Origin: Thalia democratica
Taxonomy: Eukaryota
Assembly (NCBI GenBank): GCA_965202585.1
Contig: OZ241826.1
Coordinates: 46,004,001 to 46,068,000 of the forward strand
DNA: 64,000 nucleotides
Direction of reading: 5' to 3'
A model generated the notes under the pieces. It worked only from the letters and a program-made list of their open reading frames with translations. It did not search any database and was not told the DNA's origin. Positions 1-11,446 of the stretch are shown here, in pieces (the first letter of the stretch is position 1; each line of letters starts with the position of its first letter). The position numbers were made by a program, and so were the translations under genes.

Positions 1-104
1 TGCGTTATTTTTTATTGAAACTTATAGATATCTAAGTTGCTTCTGAGAAGAAACTTTTCGTAAACTAGGTGAAAATATTAAACTTATGTTTTATTATATC
101 AAAC

Positions 105-3100
105 CTGCCATTTTGTATGGTGGCCTGTTAACGTCCTTCCAAACAACGCAACCAGGTTTCACTTGATCCTGGAGCTGCAGCAGCACCAAACCATCCTGGA
201 GATCTCTGTTGGTTGTTAAAATTTAAATTTAAACAAAAGAATGACTAACTTGTGAGTTAGTGAAAATAAACTAAAAACTTTTACATGATTTCGTGTTCAA
301 AATAAAAGTTTTAAAAGCTGAATAATCTTTTATATATACATTCAAAAATGTTTAATGCAAGATATGAAATTACGCAGTAAATTATTTTTAACTATTTTCC
401 AAATTACAAAAATGCAGATAAAATTATTTGATCACTTTTTAATTGGTCAGTTAAAAACAGATTAATACGCACAAAGTGAAAATGTATTGCTTGATAAAAT
501 GAAGCATGCGAAAAGCTGCCTGAGGCCCACAAATACTTACAAGCACTTATTCATAGGTTAACCAAAAAGTTAGTAACTTATCTATATAAGGACAACTTAC
601 TTTTGAAAAATTAAAAAATTTTGGTCATAAGTGACAAAAATTATCATTTTTTATAACACGGCAGCTGTTTAATTAAATACCAGCATATACTAAACGAATA
701 CAATTATAACATTGTGATTTTTGATAACACATTTTCAGTTTAATTAGTCATAAAACACTATTGAAAATCTTGAAACTGGTTCATATAAATAGGGTCGCAG
801 AAAAATATTAATTGTATTAAATTAATATAACAGGCAAACATAGTGACAAATTGATTTTAGTTCCCAATAAAAGCAGCAACAAAGGCATTCATTTACATTG
901 CAAAACAAACACAATAATAACGATTAACCTGCCTAAATAAACATTATACAGCTAATTCCCTTAAATAAGTGTATAAAACACTATTGGCTTGCATTTACTC
1001 AATTTAAATGCCTTTAAAATGAAATTTAAAGAAATTCTCCTAAAAAATACGCAACTTTGATGAGAAATTTGTGAAAATTTCTCTATTAAATATCTTTATG
1101 GGAGTTTTTCACTTGGAAATTCTCAAAATCCAAGTTATGCGTTGTTACGGTTCGTTAGTTGCAGCAAACATTCATCGAATAAAACCGCTTTGATGAAAGT
1201 TTTAATACATAGAACATTTTTTAAAGTTTGTTTCTTCTTGCTATAAACACCTGATTAAAAATAAAACAAATGTGTTCATTAAAAAAACATTCTTTTATTT
1301 GAAAAATCTTATGACGCTAACTTTCCCAACATCAATGTGCTATACCCAAACTATTAATTTACACTTAAACGTTTCCGGGACCTAATGTACTGGCTAATGT
1401 GTTTTCTAGCAAAAAAACAGTTTAATTAGGTAGCAGTTATAGTAAAATTTATTTTTACGATCTCAAACGATACTATATTGTCTTTAATTAGCTTAATTAC
1501 TTAGCATGATGTTTTTACACAAAACATTTTTTAGTTTTAATTGCTAAAATAATTTATTCTAAATTATTGTTTTAACCCTAAAATAGTAAAACTTTTTATT
1601 AAATGCCACTATAAATATTTATACGAAGACAACAATGACATCTGCGTGTGGTAACTAATTAGATTTTTTATTTGCTTGGAAAAAGTGTATTTACAATTTT
1701 ATACTAAAGTAACAGAAACTTTAATTCACATTTATAAGCATATAATTAGGCATACTTTTGAGTAAATACTCCATAGATTTTTGATAACAAGCTGATACGT
1801 TGAAGTCATTTAAAAATAAAAGTTGGCAAAAATGATTTATATTAGAAAAATTATTTTAAAACTTTCGTTAGTTATTCACCAATATAGGAAAAAAAAACCA
1901 ACCTTCCAAATTTGTTCACTCTGGGGGAAACACCGAGTGAGTTCATCCAGTTTCTGAAGGTCTTCACCTCGCGAGTTTCCTCTGACAAAATAAAATAAAT
2001 ATTACAAGTACTTTATTAATGACTATTTACGTTTTTATCAAAAAAATAAATATCAAACTGAATACCTTGGCAAAGGCAATTGAAAACTAAAGTTAATTTC
2101 TGGTCAACTAACTATTGAACAAACTATGATAATATCCTTTCATAATATTTCAATCTAAAGCTGACTTTAAAAAAATAACACATATATATGTACAACACCG
2201 CTTCTGACAACAAGCACCAACCGACGATTTCGTTCTCCTGGTCGTAGTTGAGCGCGGGGTAGGTGTTGAACAGGTTGGCAACGAACGCCATGTTCAGCTT
2301 GCTGTTTCCCTTCACGATGTCGGTGGCGGTGACAAACTCCCTGCAGTTCATTCTGTCGGCCGACTTCAGCACGTTCTCCGCCCTCTGCATGTCGTCTGAT
2401 ACCTGCGGTGACATGTTTGAACTTTAATACCAAGAGTCTTTTTTATGGTTTATGTTAACTATTTTTAGTATTATACTTTGCCTCTGACCCTTAAAATATC
2501 AGATTAATAATGTATGCACCCATCTCAAAACAACAAGTCAAAAAACACGCTTGGTCTTTTGTGCATGATTTAAACTATTATACGAAGTCAGTTTTTATGG
2601 TTTAAAAGAATTATTTTTGATATGATACTTTGACTACACCTCTTAAAATACCAGGTCATTACTGTAAGTACTTATCCCTTACTAATAGGCCAAAAGAATA
2701 TATTATTTTATTTTGAGTTTTTTATCAAAAGAAGAAATTTACACAAAAACTTTATAAAATAAATTTATATTTGATTCATATTTTATTTCAATAAAAATAT
2801 AACGTAAAAACAAATTAGTCATTCAATACAAATCATATATACGTAAGCTTATGATTAATTTAGTGGTTTATGCGAAAGTATCTTATTTTTAATCAATAAC
2901 TAGTAATAACTAAACAACTATTTTTAAAGAGAAAACAAACGACCTAAAATTTAGCAACAGAAATAACTTTCACAGTGATGAAAACTGAAATCACTTTCAT
3001 AGTGACCTAAAACTAAACCTGTAAAATCACGTAAAAAACTAAAGGCATAGTAGTATTTAAAATCAATATAATTTACTAACGTTGACGTCGTTTGAATCGA

Positions 3101-6100
3101 TGGCGGGTATCAGCGTGTACTCGTTGGTTTCCTCGTCCCTCGGCTGAATCTGCTCCAGCAAGCAAGCGTACGCCTTGGAGTCTTTGATGTCGCCGCTGAA
3201 GTTGGTCACCGGCTTGCCTCCAATCGCCTGGTAGGTCTTGGAGTTTTCCAAGTGGTAGTTCATCCACCTGTTAGTTTAAATTCAAATGTCATATAAAATT
3301 TCAAATATAACTAAATCACGGTCTTACACATTCATATTTTCTTAAGATCAAAATACTTAAATAGAAAAGTTGTTTCACCACCATGAAAACACAAACCTCA
3401 ACAAAAGCTCATCCGGAGACAGGTTCATCAAATCTTCCAATTCTTCACCCTCTCTGAGAAGGGCTGCCAATTCTACATGAAAGTTTATAAAAATATAATA
3501 TGCGTAAAACAAAAAGTAATCTATAGAATTATATCATTTACTTCATTAATGCTGCAGAAGAATGACAAAAATAGTATTATAACATTACTTAACGGTTTTA
3601 ACTCTTAAAACATTTAGTTTAACAATTATTCAAAAAGCAAGCAAACACACCAGGAGTTCTGAAGAGATCGATTTTGCTGAAGAGGCCGATCCTGATAACT
3701 TGCCACAGCAGCCCCAAAACGAGATGGGGTTTTCCCTGGTTGATCTCGCTGGCGCTCATGTTGATGATGTTGCAGCCGATGGAAGACGCAGAGTTGAGTG
3801 CCAAGTTCAAGTTTTCCTGCAATTTTAGTTGAATAATGATATCTAAATTTTTTGATTGTAATAATTATACAAAAACTACATGCTTTTTTTTATTTAACAT
3901 TTTTTTTTTAATTAAATATGCTTTTAATTCAAACGCCTATTGAGCGCAAAAACTTACAGTGATTCTATAAATGTTGAGCTTGGTCTTGTTTATTGTCCTC
4001 TCATCGATGGTTTCAGGTGCTGACTTGTTGATAAGCTTGCTGTTGTTAAATTATCGTAACTCAATAAAATGTTTATTTATATTGCGCATGCATAAAACAG
4101 AAAACAATATATCATAAGCTAACTTAAAACATAACATCATTAAGTTAGTTTAACATCTGAATATAAGAACGAATCGTGATTATCTTAAAGCTGCAAGAAA
4201 CTGATATATAGAAAAAACTACAACTTTCAAATGAAATAAAACACATCAGTGAATTTTCAAAGCTAAGTATGTGAACTAACCACAAAAGAACACCATCGTT
4301 ACATGCTTCAAACAAGCTGTCGCCTTCCAAGTTCTTGCATTTTTCTTTGCAATCTGCATCATCCTTCAATGTCTGTTTAGCAATTACATTATAATAAGTA
4401 AAAGAGATAAACAAAACGGTAAATATTATAATTTGATAACCGTGGCTGTTTTGTTTCAAAATCTAACGAAGTTTAACTACCATAAAAGTTTACTTTTATT
4501 TGCAACAAAAAAAATTTTGTAAAATTAATGCATCTTATAACCTAAATTTAGAATAAAAACAGCTTATAAACATTTAAAATACCATTCTGATGTAAAGAAT
4601 ACTTTTTTAATTTAGCTATAAAAACAACTTTAAGCAGGATAAACTTTATCAAAATTAATTCACATATACAACTTTCTATCAAGCTGTAAAAATTATACCT
4701 AAAATGCTATTATAAAACCATACCCTGAGAATCCAGCCGGTAAAAGCAGCAGTTTCTTCCTCAGAGTACGAATGCTGAGTGCCAGTGTTGCTGGCGTTGG
4801 TGATGGTCGTCGTTTTGATTCCCTGCTTCGTTCTCACCGCCGCTTTGAACTCTTTCTCAATCTTGTTCTTGGTCAGGGTTTCGTACATCTGTTAACAGTA
4901 TTTAAAAAAATTAAGCATGTTAATTTTGTATCTTTTTAAATTCAACATTATGATAAACTTTAAAAACAAACCTTAAGAAACTCGGACACGCTGATTCTGT
5001 TGTCCTTGTCCAAATCAGACTCTTCGAGCATTCTCCTGATCTTGTACTGGGCAGTGGTGCAGTTGACCAGAGCCAGAAAGTTTCCAATTTCGTCTTTGTC
5101 AATGAAACCGTCACCATCCTGGTCTGTGTTGATAAAAAATAAATAAATATAAAGTTTTAACTAGAATTAATCATTTTTTAATGCTTTTTTTGTAAAGATT
5201 AACTTACTTTTTACTTTTTAAATTATTCCATTAAGTGAAGTTTCTCTAAAATTATGTTCTAACTTTAAAGCAATTTTTAATTTTTTGCTACAGTTTTACA
5301 ACATTTTTAACATAAAAACTGCAGATTTAACATTTTTAACCATATTTAATTATTATTGCTATGTGGAACCAAAACTATAACTTACTAATATTTAATTAAG
5401 AGGTATAAATAAATAAAAAAGTTAAGGATTAGTAAAATGCAAACAGCCTTTAAAATGGTATAGTTAACTCAATAAATTTTCAACTATATCTGTAAGCAGT
5501 TTCAAGCATTATTTAATTATGTACATTAATTTTAACTGTACAGGATTAGCTGATATTTAACTTTAAAAGTCAAAACTATAAATGTGAACACAGCAAAATA
5601 TTAATCAGTTTCATTGCTTCTTTAGACTATGAGTATAACCTTTTTTTTGTTAGTAGAATTTCAAAATTACCAAAATATTTTTTTTGTTTGTGTATTTTTT
5701 TTTTAATGCAGCTTTCAGAGATTATTTCAGAAGTTTATAAAGCGAAGTATAAAAATGTATTATGAGGTTAAATGATGGCAATTAGTAAAATTTAAGCAAC
5801 AATGCTCTATTACAAACCCATTCCTTTTCCTTGTTCATCTGAAATGTTTCAAGTACTTTCTTTTTTATTGAAAACTTTAACAACAGTAATTATAAACCAA
5901 CTATTGTATAAACATAAATGAAAGTACATAATTTTAAATAAAAATATTTTTAAAATCATGTATTTTAACTGTTTAATAATATTGGTATCAAATAAATAAT
6001 ATTGGTATCAAAAAATCATTGTCATACCCATTTCCACAAAAGCTTTCACAATAAGATCTTTTTCATCATCATTGAAATTAAAGTTGGCGAACTCCCTGTT

Positions 6101-6118
6101 TAATGCTTCCTCGACCAT
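105..6118 (-). CDS. PLS3: Plastin/fimbrin (EF-hand pair plus calponin-homology actin-bundling protein); 5' part only, the 3' exons lie beyond the left edge
   Basis: Exons (- strand): 6118-6028, 5123-4972, 4888-4724, 4372-4281, 4039-3958, 3816-3651, 3472-3397, 3267-3081, 2402-2222, 1981-1903, 205-105. All are GT-AG and phase-consistent (457 codons). Motifs: EF loop [12 protein letters not shown]; [15 protein letters not shown]; [20 protein letters not shown]; [15 protein letters not shown]; [18 protein letters not shown]; LLLRWMNYHL; [20 protein letters not shown]; [22 protein letters not shown]; [11 protein letters not shown]. The symbol is family-level: an invertebrate gene would be co-orthologous to PLS1/LCP1/PLS3. 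Confidence 0.95.
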
Positions 6119-8181
6119 GGTTGTATGTAGCAAATAATTTAGTTATGACTTATAACAATTCTATACATATTAATAAAAATAAGAATTTATATTATATCAT
6201 AGTATGGCTGACTCTTAATCTAGATAATAAAACAATTTGTTAAAAAAGTGGCTTGTAGTTCTGTACTATCAAATGGAATGCTTTTATAGCATTTAATACA
6301 TAAGACATTTGGAAAAATTTTAAATAACTATCTAAAAATATAATCTACAATACCAACTAAAATCTATATTAACCTTTTTGCGCTTAACAACAAACAACTT
6401 AAACTAAGAAGTAATAACACTTATAAAATTTATTTAAACATTGAATAAACTCTGGTGATATAATGATACTTCTACATACTAAAATACATATATTTTTAGG
6501 TGTATATAACTAATCCTTTAGAACCTTTTAAAAAAAGACAATAAAAAACAAATATATTTTCATATATTCATCTTAAGTATATAAAAAATATAAACAGTTA
6601 AAATAAACTAAGTTTTATAGTATTTTTTATCAATTCTTAAATATTATATTTTCATACTATGATTAAAACATTAAAGTTTCTATCAGCACAAAGTTCTATG
6701 TGGTGTCAAATCGTAAGCAACAATATATATATGTGTAAATCTAACCAGGAAGAACTTTTATAAGTTTAAGAGTATTTAATTAAAGCTTAAAAGATTTTAT
6801 TAACTAATTTTAATTATGTAAAACTAACTTTAATAGCTTAATTTACTGACAAGTTAATTATAAGCTGTTAGAGCTAATTATTGCTTAGGTTTTATATTAC
6901 ATAAAAAAACTATGCAAATTAAATAAAAATGGATATAAGAAAAAAATAGATGGTAATTAAATAAATACAAAACTTATTGTTTTAAATAAAATTAACTTAA
7001 CAATATAAACCTTGTTAATAGCTAAATTATTGATTGTTTAAATTTCTAATTTAAACTTTATCATAAATAATTAAATAAAGTTTTAACTAAACATGTGGTA
7101 CTTTTTTTAATTACTTTATAAAACAATAATAAATAAATTTTAGTTTATAATGAAATAAAGATATAACTTAAAAAAAACTTTTAATTTTTGTATCACACTC
7201 AATCAGACAACAATATTACTAACTAAATTTGAAACTTATCCTATCATACTTACTTTTTAGATTTACTTACAGCTCTAAAACCTAATTCTTTGTAAAATAA
7301 ACTATTCTTTTTCATTAATTCATAAGTGTATACAAAAAGTTTTTTTTCTTATGATATTTGAACTATTACTTGCATTAATAATTTTTTATTCTGTACATTA
7401 CAGCAAAAAAAGATCTCTAATATGTTTAAAAACACTGAAAACTAGTAAACTATAACTAAATTTTACTTAAAAATATTTAGCTTTCTTGTGATCAGAAAAC
7501 TTGTAACCTATAATTTGATAAGTGCACCATAGTACTTAAAGTTAAAAATGCTTAAAGAAATTTAATAACTTTACAACTTCAAAACATTTATATAAACAAA
7601 CATTAAAAATTTAACAAGGGAGTACAAAACGATTTGTTAGGATTAAAAAATATACAAGTCATATACAAAATACACATTTTAAATACGCTAACACTTACTT
7701 TGCAACTAAAACTTTATTTTTTTTTAATTTAATTCAACTGATTTATTTAAAATTGTAAGAAAATTTAAGATTATATAATATAGTAACAAGGCAGTTTTTT
7801 TCAAAAAAAATCAGTAACATTTTGAATACTTTTTTAGTCAAGTTACAAATTGCATTTATTGATTTTAAAATTTAAAAATAAATTTCGAAATGCAATTTCA
7901 TCAAAGTGTAAGAGTGCAAAAATTTTTTTATATGAGGAGCAAAAAAATAGGCAAAATTTTTTATATCAATAAATATCGTTAATTTTTTAACAAACATTGT
8001 AAAAGTGTCTTAATCTAATATTTCTTAAGAAATTTAGAAACTCTTGAATACTTTTTTTTTTAATCAAGTATTTAAACAAAAAAATATATAAGACTTAGAG
8101 CCCACCAAGCAGAAACTTCTGGCCCCAAATTTGGATCAAGATTTTCAATTAGGTGTGATACAAGTACTTAACTGATTTTAA

Positions 8182-8564
8182 GAGGGTTGCCAATATTTGA
8201 GTCAAAAAAGTCTTGAGTGACCTTAAACTGTCATGAGACATCCTCTGTTTTTCAAACTAATATAAAAATTAGAATCTAATAGAAATCAATAAAAATCAAG
8301 TTTTATAAACAAAATTAGCAATAAAATGACAAAAAATTGACACTTAATCAACTGAATCTCATTATATATCTTAAAAAAAAAAAGGGCCTCAGTTTTTCAA
8401 ATTTTTTTTAACTGTTCCAAGTTTTATGTAAAAAAAACTATAATGATTCAGCCTGAGTTTAAAAAAATCAAAATATCTTGAGTAACCCTGAGTTATACTG
8501 AGTCACATTAAGATTTAAAAATTTTTCATAATATCCTGAGTATCATGAAGGTGTTGCTACCCTG
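8182..8564. mobile_element. hAT-like MITE, family with CTGAGT subrepeats
   Basis: Ends (G)AGGGTTGCCA ... GTTGCTACCCTG resemble CAGGGTTGCCA hAT termini, with many (C)CTGAGT motifs inside. No clean TSD. Related fragments at about 10480-10680, 31491-31800, 50000-50100, 50871-51633 and 51790-51880. Confidence 0.5.
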
Positions 8565-10176
8565 TTTTCAGTAAAACAAACTAAAAAAAGAAAAAGAGGC
8601 TAGTGTAAGATCAAGAAAAAATTGGGGCCCAAGCTTAGGGTTTGCTTGGATATAATTTGTACAAACTAATAAGACACTAATATTAATTTGTGCTTTTAAT
8701 CTGATTTTCACTGCAATTTAGTTTTTGTTAAACAACATTTATATACATTTTATCTTATAGAGAATTTTTCATGATTTAGATTTATAAAACTGCATTGCTC
8801 TAAAAACTTTTTTTAAACGAGTGATCACTGATAACTGATTTTTAAGATATTTCTTCATTTTTCTTTTTTAATTTAAGTTTTAGTCCTTTTTTAGTACGAA
8901 ATTAAAATTTTTTAATATAAAATATTTAAAAACAAAACTTACTGAAAAGATACCATAATGCTACTTCAAATGTTTTATAATAAATAAACTATGAAATTAT
9001 ATAAATATATTTATGTATACAACATTTATTTCTTATCTAATCTAAACTTCATTACTTTACTTACATAAGTTTATTAAAATTAAAGTTTTTAAAAAGAATC
9101 AAATTTTTTATTTCTCCAGGTTATTTTCCTAAACATTCAAATTCTAGGTGTCAACAAAAAAAAGTGATCAACTTTATACCTTTGGTGTTTATAAAATTAA
9201 TGGCAGCCAAAGAAAAAAAAGCCTGGTCTAATCTTTAGAAACTGAGATATAAGACATTATTTTGCATAAAATATTAAAAATATAATATATATAAGTTTTT
9301 GAATATATGCTGTGCCAAGTTAGTTAAAAAAAAATTACTAGTTTTAGAATATTTTTTTTTTACTTTAGTAAAATCAATAAAGTTGTACAAACTTGGTCAT
9401 GGAAGAAAACTAAGAATAAAATATAACATTCTATAATCCTTAATTATATACAACCTTTTATTTTGTAAAGTGTTTATTTCATGTCTAATTTAGATATAAT
9501 TATTTTCTCATACAAAACTTATCAAAACTCCAGGTTTTTATATTTAAATTTTAAAGTTTAAGTTTTTACAACTAAAATGGCTACACTATTATAGTACTGC
9601 AAAATCTGATCAAATCAACTAATATTCTGATCTTTCATTGTTTGTTTATTCAACAACAACAACAAAAAAAGTGTCCAAAAATTAGTGTACAAAAAAATTC
9701 TTTTGGTTATGGAGTCATACTCCACAGATACAATAATGTCTTGTCTAGGACATAAAATACTTGACTACAACACTATTCACATTTAAACTTTTTTTAACTA
9801 TAAATTCTAACCACTTTTACATATAAACATCTTTAGTTGATAAATCAATGTTAGTCATAAAAAAAGTCACTTGTTTTAAAGCTTTAAAGTAACTTTCAAA
9901 AAAAAGGACACAACTTTAGTTAGATGTCATATTCATATAAAAAGTTAAAACGTCACTAAAGCAAATTGTGACTAACTAAGCATTTTAAGTTGAAAATACT
10001 TGATCAGTTTATAGTAAGGGCCTTTTATTGTTACCTGATTTGGTCATAGCTTGTCATGTCCTGGATCTAAACAGACTTTGATACAAAAAATGATTCACAT
10101 CCAGTTAAGACCTCATCTCAGTTAAAAAAAAGTAGTCCAATCTGGTTTGGTTCCAATTTAGATTAAAGATCTAGAT

Positions 10177-10375
10177 CCGGGCTTCCCAACACTTTCTTCA
10201 AAAGTCCCTCTTTAAGAAATTAAAAAAGCTATGACCCCCTACAACAAGATTATTTAAAAAACTGCCATTAAAAACTCTTTAAGACCTTTTTTTCTCATCA
10301 TCATCAACTCCAGAATATCTAGTGTAAGTTTCAAAACTACCATAAAAAACTCATAGCCCACTTTGGGAAACCCTG
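10177..10375. mobile_element. hAT MITE (199 bp)
   Basis: Termini CCGGGCTTCCCAA / TTGGGAAACCCTG; perfect 8-bp TSD ATCTAGAT at 10169-10176 and 10376-10383; internal sequence recurs at about 60660-60730. Confidence 0.8.
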
Positions 10376-10859
10376 ATCTAGATCCAGCCAAGAGTTTAGC
10401 TAGATCCAAATATTTAATTTAAATTGAGATCAAACATGAATCAGTTTTTTTTTTTTTTGTTTACCACTTCTCTTTTAGAAAAAATGCCAGCCTGAGTGAC
10501 TAAAAACCAACCTGAGTTACATTAAACTAGTCTGAGTTTTTGAGTATATAACAAAAACAGGTAAAATGAGCCTTCAACAAAATTAATATCCTTTTAATCA
10601 AACTTAATCAAATAAAATACCAAAACAATAATAGGCTGGTTTGGATATTTTTGCTTAAACTCAGGCTAGTTTCTGCTTTGAATTTTTTTAACTGAATAGT
10701 TATGTTTACATCCTCTTATTACTGTTTTGGTATTTTTATTTGTTCAATTAGGAGGAATTTTTTAAAATTAAAAATATAAAATTTATAAAAAAAATAAACA
10801 AAAAAAAAGTTTTTTTGTCATAATTTTTTTCTTTTTAGTTTTTTAAAATTTTGCTTTGA

Positions 10860-11050
10860 AAGAATTTTTTTAACAATGCAAGGAAGATTTCCTGAATTTT
10901 TGAGGCAGTTATCTCAAAAAGCATAGGAGAAGATAGATTTTTAGTGATTTTAATTTATTTGCCATTTTAGTTTGCACCTCCCACATGGAACCTATTGTAG
11001 TCTCCAACTTTGACAGGCTATTTCTCAAAAACTATTTAGAGTTTATACTA
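10860..11050. repeat. Fragment of the Kolobok-like MITE family seen at 29-34 kb
   Basis: Shares GGAGAAGATAGATTTTTAGTGA and GGAACCTATTG motifs with the 29925-30592 element; a matching end CCCCCCTATGCCC occurs at about 11535-11547. Confidence 0.55.
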
Positions 11051-11066
11051 TTTAGGTTATGCTTAA

Positions 11067-11446
11067 CTTTAGGTGAGCACCAATATCAAGCTGAAATTAT
11101 AATACATTTGATGTATTATTTGATCATTATTTCAGACTAAAAATTTATCTTTTATAAATACATAAATAAAATTAAACTTATAAATCGTAAACTAATAAAC
11201 TTGAGTATTTAATTGCTTTTATTTTACAATAGAAAAGTGATTATATCAATACAATAATTTGTGTTGATTAGGATATTGTAAAATAAAATTGATTTGATGT
11301 TTTAGTTTATAATATATTAATTTAGTTCTTTCTTTGTATTTATATATCTTGTTTAAAACAAAGTATTGTTTTTTAGCCTAAAATTATGGTTATATAAGAC
11401 ATTGAATGTATTATATTGACAGTTTGATATTGGTGCTCACCTAAAG
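11067..11446. mobile_element. piggyBac-like MITE (TTAA-flanked)
   Basis: TIR CTTTAGGTGAGCACCAATATCAA at both ends (similarity extends to about 45 bp), flanked by TTAA at 11063-11066 and 11447-11450. Confidence 0.7.

Noticed and set aside
5974-6012. Short tandem duplication (AATAATATTGGTATCAAA twice) near the plastin intron 1 donor
   Set aside because: It is wholly intronic and does not copy the splice site; an ordinary slippage event.
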